A program made the position numbers and the translations under genes. Shown here piece after piece: positions 37,561 through 52,754 of a DNA stretch of 64,000 nt (position 1 is the stretch's first letter; every line of letters begins with the position of its first letter). Origin of the DNA: Octopus sinensis. Lineage: Eukaryota. A model generated the notes under the pieces. The model was not told the DNA's origin and did no database searches. It was given only the letters and a program-made list of their open reading frames with translations. Where the stretch lies: contig NC_043000.1 of NCBI RefSeq assembly GCF_006345805.1, positions 35,092,001 to 35,156,000 of the forward strand, in the 5' to 3' direction.

Positions 37561-38600
37561 ATCACACACACACACACTGTGTGATGTGTTACAGGTCCGA
37601 TACTGTATCTTTGAAAAAGGAAATCTGCACAATTGCTTTGATGACCAGCTGTGTATCAGATTATTGACAGTGTACACTGCTGTTGCAAGTGTACAGTGTT
37701 GCCAATAGGATAGAGTTTCCTTAACATGACTAAAGTGATATTTAATACCTAAAGTTGGTAGTGTTTATATCGTATGTAGTATTATTGAATACATAACACA
37801 ATAGAAATGATGGTGACGATGGCAGTGATGGTGGTGACCATGGTGGTGATGGTAATTGATACTGGTAGCTGTAGTGGCAGTTAACAGATGTAGTAGTGGT
37901 AGTAGTAATGATGTTGGTGGTTGCTGGTGCAGTGGTGACCCTTGTGATATTTAATCTTACAACAGCTATATACAAACCAAATACCAAACACATCATGTCC
38001 TACACTCTTTTATAGCTGCCAATAATAATAATAATAATAATAATAATTTGACAGTGTTAGCTTAAAGAAATATTTTCAGGTGAAAATAACACAAGTTAAT
38101 GAATTCATTTGATACAGAGCCTGAAGTGTAGAGAAGGTGTGCGTGGGTGGGTGGGAGAGAGGGAGAAAGAGGGAGAGAGTGTAAGTGTATAAATAAATAT
38201 GAAGGTGTGCTTATTGACTAACATCGCAATGTGAGATGTATTTGTTCAGGTGTTGCTTGGCAAACATGCAACAAAACTAAACTCCTTTTCTTGTTATGTG
38301 TGTGTGTGTGTGGGTATGTGTTTATAATATTCTGCATACACTTATGTATGTGTATGTGTATCTCTTAATTTGTGTGCATGGAGATGGAGGGACATGGTTC
38401 TGGTTAAGCTATTTAAAGGATGAACTTTCATGGGTTAAAAATGGTGGCGTTGACATCACTTCAGTTTTATGCATTTACAATAAATATTCCTCTTTCTGTC
38501 TCACTACTCTTTCCACCTGTACTTTTGTTTTGCTTTGTTAAAATTGAAATGCACATCTAAGTATTAAATGATGTACAGTAGACATACACACGTGTGTGTG

Positions 38601-38832
38601 TAGTAATCCCTTGCCATATTGTGGTTCTCCTACTGCGGGTTCACCTTTCACGGTTTATTATTTAAGCTTACGTCGATTCCTCCATGGTGTTGTTTTGCAT
38701 TTATAATAAAATAGAAATATAGAAAATAATAAACTAATATTAAAATTATACAGTACAGCACTGTTTCTACTTTGTGGATTTTTACCTATCGCGGGGTTTT
38801 GGAACATAACTCCTGCGATAGTCAAGGGATTA

Positions 38833-38835
<3 letters not shown>
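38601..38835. mobile_element. Tigger/pogo-like MITE
   Basis: Termini (t/c)agtaatcccttg ... caagggattactg, TA on the right flank, non-coding interior. Confidence 0.7.
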
Positions 38836-38901
<66 letters not shown>

Positions 38902-41195
38902 CACACCCCTCACAGACACACACATATATATATATGTATGTGTTCAGGCATGATTCTAGTTAAAAAGCTAGCTTTCAAATTATGTGGTCCAGTCCCTCTT
39001 CGCAGTACCTTAGGCAAGTTTCTTCTAGGTCTCACCAAATCAAAATCCTGTCAGTGAATTTGCTAGACTGAAACTGATGCAACCTATTGCGTGCGTGTGT
39101 ATGTGTGTGTGTGTGTGTATTTGCATGGCGTATAAAAGCACAAACATATGTTGTAGCAGATGAGCATCATCTGTTATGGGTGCCAGAACTGTCTCATCAT
39201 ATGATTTCAGTCTACTGGACTTCAGCAGTGGCAGGCATCTGGTGACTATAAACCAGTGAAATCTCATTGCCACCATGTAGAATTTCTGTGTCTTTTCAGC
39301 CAGCAGGCTTATTAAAAAATAATTATTAGCAATAGAAGCAGTTTCAGTACTAAAAGACTTTTGTTACTAATCATTATTCTTTAGTAAACCTGCTGACTAT
39401 TTGCAACATAAGTGACTGAAGAGACACTGAAATTCTATATACTGTGGCAGTGAGACACAGAAGAAGCCAAATGCCTGCTGTTTTCTATGCTGGCATGGGT
39501 TGGACGAATCGACCGAGGACTGGCAAGCCAGTAAGCTGCACCAGGCTCCAATCTGATCTAACAAGGTTTCTACAGCTGGATGCCCTTCCAAATGCCAACC
39601 ACTCTGAGAGTGTAGAGGGTGCCTTTTATGTGCCACTGGCATGAGAGCCTGTCAGGTGGTACTGGATCGACCACATTTGGTTGGTGCTTTTTACATGTCA
39701 CTGGCACAGGAGCCAGTCAAGCGGCACTGACATCGGCCATGACTACAATTTTGATTTTATTTGACTCAATAGGTCTTCTCAAGCACAGCATATCACCTGA
39801 TGATTCAAGGCTACTTTTGAACGGGTTGGTTATGCGATTCAGTTGAGACAGTGAAAGAAATGGAGAAATAATCCAGTTACTGATTGAAGTTGACCATTTA
39901 ATGTTTGAAATGCTTTCAAGTTTCTCTTGATTAGTCTGTTTAAAAGTACCAAAATGTAACAAAAACATCACAGCTTTCATATCTGATGCTGTTATAAATA
40001 CTTAGATATTTAGATGTGATTTAATAATATTTTAATTAATAATGAGCTCTTTAATATATAAACAATGCCTTCATATTTTTCTTGCTTTATTCTATTAGTC
40101 TAAAGAAACAGTTAAAAACTTAGTGTGTGTGCATTTAGAAAATATATATATATATATATATATATGCATATTTGCCTGTGAGTATACATGTAATTCTCAC
40201 TCTCTCTGTCTGTCTGTCTGTCTCTCTCTCTGGTTTATTTTTATTGTTCTTTATGTTGCAAAAATATACTCTTGTAACATTTTTGTAGCAGCTACAAGTA
40301 ATGTCTTCAGTTTTACTCATCTCCATAAAGATGAGATATGGCTTGTCAAGCTATCATGAAAGCAAGCCATCCAAGAGAGCGGCAACTCCAAAATAAAATC
40401 AATATACACCAAGGTGTATCCAGCACAATCACCTTCATTCTTGTAGCGGAGGGGGTTGGGGTGAGGTGCGAGGGAAGAGAGATTGATTCAGTGTTTGGTT
40501 CCTATCAACAAACTGGAAATAATCCAGTAAAGTTTTATGAGTAACCTTGCTTAAACGGGAGCCGGAGCAAATGGGGGGGAACTTTATGGTTTTACTATTA
40601 AGTAAAGAGACATAATTACATGTACCTCGATGAATCTCCCTGACCGATTCCCAGAATTTTAACATTGGAATGTTTCTTCTTAAAATCTTTCATTACCTTA
40701 TTTTTCCCCTCCAGCTCCCAACTCTCTCAGTTCTTCACTTTTACATGTCTGCTCAATGACATAACCATTCAATTTTATATTTAAGCTATTAAGTTATTAG
40801 TTACACATCTTCAAATTGTTAAATTCTCTAAATGGAATTTACTTCAACTCGTTACTGTCTGGAATTTCATGTCTAACTTGACAAAACATTTTTCTAGCTA
40901 AGCTTCATTCGAGATGTAGGTCTTTACTTCTATACATTTACAAATTCTTTACTTTTTCTCTATGATTGAACATTATATTAGCATTGTGCTGCTACTAGTG
41001 ATAGAATTTGATGACTTTAAACACCAATTATCCTGGACAAAATTATTGAATAGTCAAGTGCAATACAAAATTTGAGCTTACTGGGTATATTTTTATATTT
41101 ATCTAATGACAGATGAATGTATTGGTCTGGGTTGAAGTTCATAGTTAGGTCTCTATTCTAGCTCTTTGTGTGTGTGTGTGTGTGTGTGTGTGTTA

Positions 41196-41741
41196 GCAGA
41201 GGTTCAAGGACTGCATAAAAACATTGTTGAAGAGTCTAGCATCTTGGAAAGGACTGGGAAGAAATCGGTTCTGTCTGGGTAAGATGGTGGAAGGTAGTAT
41301 ATGGCAGAAGTGAAAACTTTGAAATAGCTTGAAGAAATGATGAGAGGCTGAATAGGGATGCTAGAAAGGGTGTGGAAATAATATTTCTGGGAAATATAGG
41401 ATCACAGGAGTAGGCTGACATGATGAAAGTGAGGGAGTCTGCTTCAACAGAGAAGGACTGAAATGACAATGTACGGAGAGTTGCAACATACAGAGCATAG
41501 CAACATGCCATGAATGTGGTATGGCTTGCCTATCATGTGGGTGGGGTTGAAACATGACATGAAAGTGCATGATGACAGACAGGTGGATCATATTATTTGT
41601 GATCAATCGATGTTTGTAACATCTGTCCGGAAGAGTATGGATCATTGGCTGACTTGAAATGCCACACCCATGCTGCTCACATATGAGGCCAATTCCGAGG
41701 CACTTTGGGTGATGGTGATACTCAAGAACAAGGAAGTGGCC

Positions 41742-41742
<1 letters not shown>
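41196..41742 (+). mobile_element. RTE-BovB-like LINE 3' remnant with C-terminal C2H2 finger
   Basis: QRFKDCIKTLLKSL..W.. and CNICPEEYGSLADLKCHTHAAH. Confidence 0.55.
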
Positions 41743-41782
<40 letters not shown>

Positions 41783-41992
41783 AAAGGAATTCCAACCTTG
41801 TCTGATTTTCACGTTTTATTTACAATCTTATAATGATTTATTATAAGATAATATATTATAATTGAATAAAATAAAATGAAATAGTAGAATATTAAATGTT
41901 CATTCTGATTGAACTAGTACTTTCATGCATTGAATTCTGCAATCTTCGAGTTCATGTAGTAGTGTTGACAGTCATGCTTCACAATTATATAG

Positions 41993-42023
<31 letters not shown>

Positions 42024-42029
42024 ATAAGT

Positions 42030-42545
42030 CACAATCATCGTCATTTAATGTTCACTTTCCATGCTGATATTGGTAGGACTGTTTAACAGGGAACTAGTGA
42101 GCTGCAATGCAGTGTCAAGCTCCATTGTCATCTTTGGCATGGTTTTAACAGCTGGATGCCCTTCCTAATACTAATCACTTTACAAAGTGGTTTGGGTCCT
42201 TTTCCCCTTCCCCTGGCTCTAATAGCATTACCATGCAACTTGTAAAGCAGAAAGGAACAGGAAAAGGATGAGGAAAAATTTGTCACTGCTAAGAAGTATT
42301 TAAACATTGAAGAGAGGAACAAGCACAGGCACCTTGCTACAGAAGGAATTTATGGCTGAAGAGGGATAAGAAGCAGCTAGTGGGGGGGTTGATAAGGGTG
42401 CTAGGGTAGACTATCAAGGAACAAGAAGGTAGGCATAAGAGAGTGTATGGGCAGTAGAATATGAGAAAGGATGAGAGAGTGGATGCTTTCATAAGCGTGT
42501 GAGTGGAGAGTAAACAGGTGGAGGTTGATGTTAATGTAGTGAGTA
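42030..42545 (-). mobile_element. Family C tail plus upstream RTE 3' UTR
   Basis: catcatcgtcatttaatgttcactttccatgc..ctggatgcccttcctaa, continuing into purine-rich sequence similar to the 36500-37240 complement. Confidence 0.6.
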
Positions 42546-42931
42546 ATGAATTGGGGTGGGGGTGCAGATCATAAGAAATACCAGTATAATATATATAATG
42601 CAATTTTGTTCATATTCGATGTTGGCATTTGCAATAGTCGTCATATTATACTAATATTTCACTCCTACTACTTGATTATTGATTCCCAGGCAGCGTTTAT
42701 GCTTTTAATACTGCTGACATCACTGGATAGAATGATATTGCATGGGTGTCAAAACCATAGTGATAAACGTTAGGCAGCTGATGATAGGAATATATATTTA
42801 ATATGTCTGTTCTCTGTGAATCTTATATATCTTGAGGTTCCTTATTTCTTATAAAGTTGAACATGTTTAAGGGTTCATGATTTAAGGTGATTGCATATAT
42901 TGATATTGCATTGATTGTCGTCATTCGGAAT

Positions 42932-43385
42932 CATCATCATCATCATCATCATCATTTAGCGTCCGTTTTCCATGCTAGCATGGGTTGGACGGTTCAACTG
43001 GGGTCTGGGAGCCCGAAGGCTGCACCAGGGCGTCAGATCTGGCAGTGTTTCTACAGCTGGATGCCCTTCCTAACGCCAACCACTAGAGAGTGTAGTGGGT
43101 GATTTTATGTGCCACCGACACAGGTGCCAGACGAGGCTGGCGAACGGCCACGCTCGGATGGTGTTTTATGTGCCACCGCACAGGTGCCAGACGAGCTTGC
43201 AGACGGCCACGCTCGGATGGTGTTTTATGTGCCACCGACACAGGTGCCAGATGAGGCTGGCGGACGGCCACGATCGATGGTGTTTGTTACGTCCCCAAAG
43301 CACGGAGGCCAGTCTATGTCGGTACTGGCTACGGCCACGTTCGGATGATTTTCTTGTGTGCCACCGGCACTGGTACCACAAAGAT
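42932..43385 (-). mobile_element. Family C repeat with a tandem array of 59-68-nt GC-rich units
   Basis: Units of the form gtgttttatgtgccaccgacacaggtgccagacgaggctggcgaacggccacgctcggatg repeated 4-5 times at about 43099-43380. Confidence 0.85.
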
Positions 43386-44619
43386 ACAACTTATTTTAAA
43401 ATAATAATTGGTTAATGGTTTCTGGGGTTGAGAGCTCCTGTGGCATATATGTGTGTGTGTGTATGTTTGCATGCATTTATGTGTGTTTACATACTTGCAG
43501 ACAGACAGACAGAGATTATATTGGAAGCTGAAACTTCAGTTTTCTTTATAATATTGATTCCAAAGTTGTTCAAAGTAAATTTGGTGTCCTATATAGAACA
43601 ATTATCAGTTCTATGTAAACTGAAGATTTGTCAGGGTTATTTAATTAACAATTCCAAATTATTTCAAATGTTGGTTTTCCATACAGTTTCTTGTAATATG
43701 GAATGTACCACTATCCATTCTGAAATCTATTACAGCTAATATCAGTATCAGATTGAACATTATTTCAAAGTTTGAATCATCAATTCTGTTGAGTTGTTTT
43801 TCTATATACTTCCCTAGAGAGAGAATGGACGTATTACACTTTAAAGTTGTTAGTTACCAGGATGTAATAAACATTAGTAGTTTCAACGTGATAAAATGGT
43901 GTGTTTGTGGAGATTTAGTAATTTACACTTCATCAATAACTTGTTGTGTAACTTTGTTCCTCTAAAGCTGCCATTTCTTATTAAAAAAGATAAAAAAAAG
44001 AAAGAAAAAAATCATGTTATGTTTAGAGTTTAACAATTTGAGCAAATGAAATGAAAGAACAGGTGTTAGGTCACCGCTGTATAATAAGGTAACTGAAGAT
44101 TTAACAGAGAGAAAGAAAAAAAAAAGTGAGAGATATTTAAATGTAGTAGACATATTTATTGGTATCTGTAACTATAGTTTAGTTATCATATTGACTACAA
44201 CATAGATTTGATACTGAAATCAGTTTTCTCTCTACTAAATTCCATAATAATCTTGAAGAATATGTGGGTTTATGTTTATGTCAATAGTTTTATTTCTGTT
44301 ATTACAAAATATTTACGTAAAACTTTTTTTTTTTAATTTCAATAATTATTTTTTCTTGAGAAAATAAATTTAACAAAACAGCAGCCAATCATCATCAACA
44401 ACTTGTTTGAAGAGCCACATTCCCCAAACATTTCTTGCAGGAACTCATTTACACAATGGTTCTCATGGCTTTACTTTCCTCTGACATCAGTTGCTGACTG
44501 ACCATTTTCATGTGTGTGTGTGTGTGTCTCTCATGGATGTATGTCTCAACTTTTCATTGCTGATTAAAACTGGTGTTGTGTGAAAAAGGTGAGTTAGCTT
44601 CTCAGAAAATATCAATCAG

Positions 44620-44672
<53 letters not shown>

Positions 44673-44687
44673 ATAAGTATATATATG

Positions 44688-44720
<33 letters not shown>

Positions 44721-46124
44721 ATATATTGTCATATGATGGGTACTTTTGGGAGTATACTTTTGCTACCCTGGGTGATATCAGGAAATATGACACACATGCA
44801 ATAATTTAACTTTTATCAAATTTCTTGGTGCTTATATAGAATGATGAAGTGAATATTAATTTTCAGAAGAAAAAAAAATATTTATTGCATTAAAATAAAA
44901 TAAAGCAATATTCAAAAAGTAAGGAAAGTTTGAAATCAAAAATTACTCTATTGATTATATATTAAGTTCACATGTGCACACACACACACATGCTCTCTCT
45001 CTTTCTTTTTCTCTCTCTATCTTTCTCTCTCTTTCTTTCTCTCTCTCTCACTTTCTTTCTCTCTGTCTCTCCTCATCTTCTTTCTCAGTCTCTATGATTC
45101 ATTCTTATTGTGTTTATGTGTGTAACATTCATTTACTCATTGCCTGCCACCAAGACTAGTATGTAGACTGGGTGGTAGACAAGTCTACCTACAGGTACGC
45201 TCATCCTGTGCCTCTAATGTTAACTCACTCTCTCTCTCTTTCTTTCATTATCGCTTTCTCTTTCTTGCTATATGTTATAAAGTGTCATCATCATCATCAT
45301 TTAACGTTCGTTCTCCATGCTGGCATGAGTTGGACAGTTTGACCGGGATCTGGGAAGCCAGAAGGCTGCACCAGGCTCCAGTCTGATCTGGCAGTGTTTC
45401 TACAGCTGGATGCCCTTCCTAACACCAACCACTCCATGAGTGTAGTAGGTGCTTTTTACATGCCACCGGCACAGGTGCCAGGCGAGGCTGGCAATGGCCA
45501 TGATCGGATTGGTGCTTTTTACGTGCCACCTGCACGGAAGCCAGTCAAAGCGACCAGCCCACATTTCATTGGCTTCTATTTTCTAAAGATAATCTGACCA
45601 ATACAGGTATTAAGATCAGAATAATAATAAAGGACAAGAGATTGCTTGAATGCAGTGCTCCATTATGGCCACAATCCAATGACTGAATCTGAAAAACAAA
45701 ATGCCTCCACATTCTAGGTTTATAAGCTTTTATCTCTGTAGATATCACGTGTCCCATAAGCATTGCAGCATTTAGTCATGAATTTATTGTTAAATACTGA
45801 ATCATAATAATGAGATATCTCATGTATATATATATATATGTGTGTGTGTGCGTTTGTGTACAAATTGATATCTGCATGAGTAAATTTCTATACATTTCTG
45901 CTGTATGTAATATTGGATATCCATTATATTTTAAATATATGACAACATTTGTCCCCCACCTTTTTTTTTTTTTTGGTTAATTTTTATTTCCTATGTATTT
46001 ATTATATTATTAATTCTTTTGCTGATTCTTAAAAAAACTTCATTATTTCTGATGTTTTCAGTTAGCTCGCTGACTGAGCATAAGTACTAGGATATTGATC
46101 TCTAACAAGATATTTGTGTGTGTA

Positions 46125-46177
<53 letters not shown>

Positions 46178-46924
46178 GTGGGGTGGTGAGGAGCAGTAAA
46201 TGATTTGAAATATAAACATGATGTAGTAAAAAAGTAAGAAAAGAATAAGAATGATCAACTTGAAGTTTCTCATTGGTAATTTGACTAAATGAGACTTTGT
46301 TAAATGAAATTAGAGATAAGAATATTAATGTGTCGGTCTATCAGCCACAGAAGTAGTTTCGGAGTGAGAGAACAACAGAAAAAAAGGGAGAGTAAGTAAG
46401 ATGGCAAAGATAGAGGGTTTGCCTTTCATCTTGTCCAGGCCTAAACCGCCATCACCACTGTCTCCACCTCCACCATTATTATGTGTTGAAATATCATTTT
46501 AGTGATGATGGGGTGTAGTAGTAGTAGTAGTAGTGGTAGTGGCGGTGGGGATAACAGTTATCAAAGAAATAAATCACAGCCATTGTATTATTCCACTCGC
46601 TCTCCTTCTCGCCTTTCTCTCTCTCCCCTTTTCTCTCTCTCATCCCAATTCAATTTTTCCCTCTTTTTCCCCCTCCATAATTTTTTGACTCTTATATATT
46701 TTCTTCATATTTTACTTATCCTTTAATATATTCTGTAATGTTTTACTGAGACTGGTTTCTCCTATTTCGTTCTTTTATTCTCATTCTTTTTGCCTTGCTT
46801 CTCCACATCACTTGCTCTCCATCTCTTCTTACTCTCTATCATGCCTCCCTGCTCTTCATTTCACTTGCTTTACTTTGTACTTATATTTTCTTCTTATATT
46901 TCAAATGTCATGTTATTCATTACC

Positions 46925-47005
46925 AGTTCTTCTTCTTCTTCTTCCCCTTCTTCTTCTTCTGCTTCTTCTTCTTCCCCTTCTTCTTCTTCTTCTTCTTCTT
47001 CTTCT
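46925..47005. repeat. (TTC)n homopyrimidine microsatellite
   Basis: Directly visible. Confidence 0.95.
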
Positions 47006-47524
47006 CCTCCCCCTCTCCCTATACCAACCTGTCACCATATTTACCAATATTCTGTCAACCCCTCCCCATGACACCCCTCTCCCACCCAACCTCATTTCCT
47101 CCTATCTTTTCCATTTCACTTGATAGTCTCTCTCTTCATTATTTTTACATAAACTACTGGTCTTTCTGGATGCACCCCCCCTCTCTCTTTTTCACAGACT
47201 TCTTCTCTTCTTTCCCCTCTTCTCAATAATTCCTGTTCCATGTTCAGCCATCCCCCCACTTTCTACACTAATTGAATTTATAATTAAAAAATATTTTGTG
47301 TTGTTTTTGTTATCATTGCTGTTATTGCGTGGCATCACCACCACCACCTCCACCATCACCACCACCACTGTTGTTGTTGTTATTAGTATTGTTGTTGTTA
47401 TCACTATTGTCACTGTCAACATTCTCGTACCATCCCTCCTCCTCATTCTCACTTTAACCATCACTACCACCACCACCTTCATCACCGTCATGATCATCAT
47501 AATTAATATTGTTGTTTACTGATA

Positions 47525-47562
<38 letters not shown>

Positions 47563-48130
47563 CATATCTGTATGTATGTATTTGTGAATGTGTGTTGTGT
47601 TTGTATATATATATATATGTATGTACTTGTGAATGTGTGTGTGTGTGTGTATGTATATATATATAATATATATATATATATAATATCTGTATATACATCC
47701 ATTATTTAATAATTAATTTGTTTTCTTTTGTCTTTGATTCTCATTTTGATCTTCAATTTCACCTCAGGTAAAACCAGACCACATTGCTTTATTTTCTAAC
47801 TGCAAATAAATACTTCACTTCATTCGTATATTGATATTTTTCACACATACATTAACTCTTTCAGTCGCACACATATTTTGTCCTTGGATAATTCCTCCCA
47901 CCCATCCACTCCTGTAGAAGGAGCCGTTGAACCTCTTTTTTGTATTTTCCTTATGAAATACACACACTCTCACAGTTTGTCATTGATATATCTTTACACA
48001 AATTTTTAAAACTACAATATATAAAATAAACTTTAATTTTGCAATCAGCGTATCTGTACTTGGCCCCTTCCGTTTCTTTTAACAGGAAGTTTTATAGTTT
48101 GTGGAGTTATCAGCTCCTCCTCCTCATCCC

Positions 48131-48168
<38 letters not shown>

Positions 48169-49450
48169 CTCACACATTTATATTATACTTGACATTTTAT
48201 CAGCTTGTCAGTGGTTTCATATATTGTCACTTAAACTACAAAAAAAAAAAAAAAAAAAACCAAAAACAAAAAGAAAACCCACAAACACATAGGATAAATA
48301 CAGTCTTTGATACATTGTGTGTGTGACAAAGAAATCAAAATGATCTTAGCTGGAATGTATTTGATCATTAGTCTGCTTAATCAGGACTTAGCTGGGAGTT
48401 AAACAATAACAACTGACTCTGTGTACAAGCCATAGTTTTCTGGAAGAAGTTTAAATCATCATCATCATCACCATTTAACGCCTGTTTTCCATGCTGGCAT
48501 GGGCTAGATGGTTCGATTGGGATCTGGGAAGCCAGGAGGCTGCACCAGGCCCCAATCTGATCTGGCAGTGTTTCTACAGCTAGATGCCCTTCCTAACATC
48601 AACCACTCCGAGAGTGTAGTGGGTGCTTTTTACATGCCACCAGAACAGGAGCCATGGGAGGCTGGCAAAAGCCATGATTGGTTGGTGCTTTTTACGTGCC
48701 ACCGGCACAGGGGCCAGAGACACTGGCATCGGCCATGATCAGTTGATGTTTTTTACATGCTACCGGCACAAGGGTCACAACTACAATTTCCATTTTTTGA
48801 CTTGATTTGATTTTGATATTGTATCAATTTCAGTTAAGATTCTATAGGTATGGTTTTTGAAGCTCATGAATGGCTATTTCAGTCTCTGTTTTGTCATTTC
48901 AGACTTCTCCATTATTATAACAGTCCCTATGTTATTCATTAACATTTTCTGTCATTATTTATTTATCTATCCATTACCAGAGTCTCTCTGTTAAATGTTG
49001 AAAGCAGAAATGAAGAAGTTTAAATTAATTTCTCTTACCATACTAATATTACAGGGGACAGAGGTGTTGTAAGGATTCACCCATAAAGTTCTGGATTGTA
49101 TGCCACGTCTGTCTGTCTGTCTGTCCCTCTCTGCTGTAAATAATGTTGTTACTCCAAAATCTTTAACCCTCTACATATTTACTCTTCTATTCATCTATAT
49201 TTTGGAACTTCCTGTTGTAATTAATTGAAAAGACTTTCAAATTCAGACTTTTTAGAGAAATCCTTATCCAGGTTTCTGTATTGATCACATCATTTAATAT
49301 AACATTGTTAAAATGAATGAAAGTTCAGAAAACTGTTTTTTTGAATTCTGATCAATATCAATGTCCAAGTGATGTGTTATAAGTCTCACCCAGACTGCTT
49401 TAGCTTGTTGCACACACACACACACGCATGCACGCACACACATGCATGCA

Positions 49451-49507
<57 letters not shown>

Positions 49508-51854
49508 TAGTGCTAGAAAAGAAATACTTTTGCATTATCAATTAAGTTTATATTAAATCTTAATTGATTTTTCAAAATCATGTGAAACCTGTAAAAATAG
49601 TAATGAATACATAAATATTTATGTTATTAAAGGGTTTCTATTCTGACTCAAAGATCCTCTAAAGTGTGTTGGCATTTATACCCTTTCTGGTTGTCTTCTA
49701 TATTTAAGGAATGGTTTGGTTATAATAAATGGTTAATTAGTTGAAGTTAGGCTAAAATGTACAACAGTATCTTAGTTACAAGGAAGCTCTGTCTAGGAGT
49801 AGATTTTTGATTGAAATATGTTGTGTAGGTTTTGAGGAGTAGAATTTCAGGTTTACATATAAATAGTGTATTATAACCAACAATCTCTGATGACGAAAAA
49901 TCATTTTAATAATGTAAAGGGTAGAAGGACAAAACAAAACAAAATAATGGTTTTATGAAGTCAGTGGAATGTCAGAGTTCTCAGTGAATGAAGACTAAGG
50001 GAGATGAGGTGTGTCTTTTGAATGGTAGGGGTAACAATCCTGAATGGAGATATATTTGTGCCTTGTACAGGTTTAACCCTTTTAGGGGTGAAGTATTTTG
50101 GGCATTTCCAAAATACTTTCCCCACTTTCATACAACATTACCAATATCAATAAAAGACATCACTTGAAATGTATTGTTAGAGACAAGCAGATAGAAGACA
50201 CCGAGGGGAATGTGTAGGGACCATTGTCTTCAGTTGATGTAGAGTTAGCAATTAGTGGGTACTATTTGAAATAGGTACCTCTGACTTGAGTAGATATTGC
50301 AGGTGATTTAATAAATTTGCTCAAGACAATGGCACCTCCCCTCTTGTCTACTGTATCTACTCAAATCTACTCAGCTTGTGTAAACAATAAATGAGTCTCA
50401 GACCCAGAGGTTTAGTTTAATGTTGAACCTGTACAATTGGTCGACTGGTTTATGGTAAACACTTTCTCAGAGAATATTTTTTATTTCCTCCTGTCGATTA
50501 ATATTGCATCATTCTGTTGATGGCTGTTTTCAATGGTTGCAACAGAGACATTTAGGATCAGCATAGTTTCATCTGTATTGTTGTTGTATTGACTAAGATT
50601 AACCCTAATTAACTAGAGCTGTGATCAGTGACAATCCACCCATGGCCATCCTATCTTTCTAGGTGTTTATATCATCTAATATGGTTTCTCTCTCTCTTGG
50701 GAATAACTGACGAAGAATGTAATGAATGGCCTTTTAAGGATGCGGAGTATGTATAATGTAGAGAGAAGTAGAGTTAAAATGAGTAGATATGGTGAATAGA
50801 GGGAGCATAAAAGAGTATTTTTAGACCCCCTTTTTTTCACACTCCCACCACTATTTGTGAGTAGTGGTGGGAGTTATTGTAGACTATGAATAGCTTTATG
50901 AAGATGAAGAGGAGGAATTTTATAGAAGACCTTCTGTAGCTTTGTGTACATTATTTCTACCATTATAAAAGGTTTTGTGATTAGCTGTGTGTGTGTGTGT
51001 GTGTGTGTTAAGCTGTTATTGCGAAGCTGTGTGGTTTATAAAATAAGTAAATAATGGAAAATGAATAAACCGAAACTGTGCGAGTGAAATGTGTCAGCAG
51101 GAATAAATATAAATGGAAGATCAACAAAGGCTTGCTTATAAGATTTGACTGGAAGGAATGACTTTCAAAATATCCATATTTTGTTTACTGAGAGGATGAC
51201 TTTTGAGCCCTGGGCAAGATAGTTCCAAGTCCTTACCATGATGTCTTAGTCAACAGTATTGTTTATTAATGCTATTTAATGTGGAAGTAACAGACATAAA
51301 TAAGAATATCATCAAAATATTTACTCCAGAAGCTTTCTTATTTGATAAAAGATTAAATATATAAAAAACAAAGTGTTTTAATTTAATTTGATTTAAGAAA
51401 TGCAGTGACATCAACAAATGTAATTTGGAGAAATTAACATGGTTTTCTTTGTGTGCGTGATGGCTGCATAATACTTACATACATATTAAGTCCATATTTG
51501 TAAACCAGTATTAAACCGGTATAGAAGTATAAAGATTGTGACATGAAACAAGTTTGTTTGATCTGATGATCTGACTGTGGCTGGGTGTCTTCTACAATCA
51601 GATTAACATAAGCCATGGAACTTGAAATTTGGTTAAGGGAAACAGTGCAGAAGCCTTTTAAATGAACTGTACCTGTGGTTCAAAGAGCCTACTTTGTCAT
51701 ACACTATCGCACTGATTCTGCTTGAGGACACAAGTGTCTGTGGAATATTCAGCCACATACAAGGAAGTTCATTGGATTGAATAACAGGAAACGATTTGCC
51801 AAATACAATATCTATATATCATATATGCATTTGTATATACACAATCGTATATAT

Positions 51855-52195
51855 GCGTGGCTGTGTGGTAAGAAGTTTGCTTTTCAACCACGTGACACTG
51901 GGTTCAGTCTCAATGGGTGACACCTTGGGCAAGCGCCTTCTGCTATACCTCGGGCCAACCAAGGTCTTTCGAGTTAATTTCACTGACAGAAACTGAAAGA
52001 AGCCTGTCGTGTGTATATATATATATGTCTGTGTTTGTCCCCTACTACGTCTTTGTAAATTAGCATTTTGCAAAAGAAAGCTAACTATCGAATAAGCAGA
52101 AAGCTTAAAACAAATAATTATGGAGGTTGATTCATTAATTTTTTTCAAGCCGCTGCCCCAGCATGGTCACAGTCAAATGACTGAAACAAGTAAAA
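51855..52195 (+). mobile_element. Full-length family A SINE
   Basis: Head gtggctgtgtggtaagaag.., tail ccagcatggtcacagtcaaatgactgaaacaag. Confidence 0.8.
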
Positions 52196-52754
52196 TAGAT
52201 AAATAAATAGATAGATCATACTTTCCCACCCATCTCATATTGATAGTTTTTATTTTTTTTTATTTTGTTAAATTTCTTACAGCAAATTCAAGTAATTTAA
52301 AGCAATTTAAAAAAAAAATCTAATCTTTAATAAAAGAAAAGAGCCTCTGGTGTAAATATATATTAAATGCATTCATATTTGTAACTATTGTTGCCACACT
52401 AAACATTGTTAACAAATAAATCTCTATACCTTCAGAGAGATAAATTATAAACAGACAGGTGTACACACTCACACACATACACACACACACACACACACAC
52501 CCTTATCTTTATTGTTGCAACATTGATTGGTCTATGTTGCCACATATGGAATGAAGCTGTCATATGGTCCCCCTCCCCCGTCTGTTTTTGATTGTGTATT
52601 TGTCTGTCTGTCTGCCTGTCTAGCTCATGTTCTTTCTTTCGCTCCCCCAACTCACACTTCCTGACATTGGTTGGGCAAGGTGCGTGTGTAGGAAGAGAGA
52701 ACTTTTTAAATGTTTTCTTACACTTTGGGGTATTAAATTTCATAATCTAAAACT

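Noticed and set aside
43099-43380. CRISPR-like regular array
   Set aside because: Units are contiguous diverged repeats with no unique spacers, embedded in a eukaryotic retroelement; no cas genes.
49800-50900. Possible decayed CR1/L2 endonuclease region
   Set aside because: Isolated motif-like strings occur on inconsistent strands or in the wrong order; cannot be supported.
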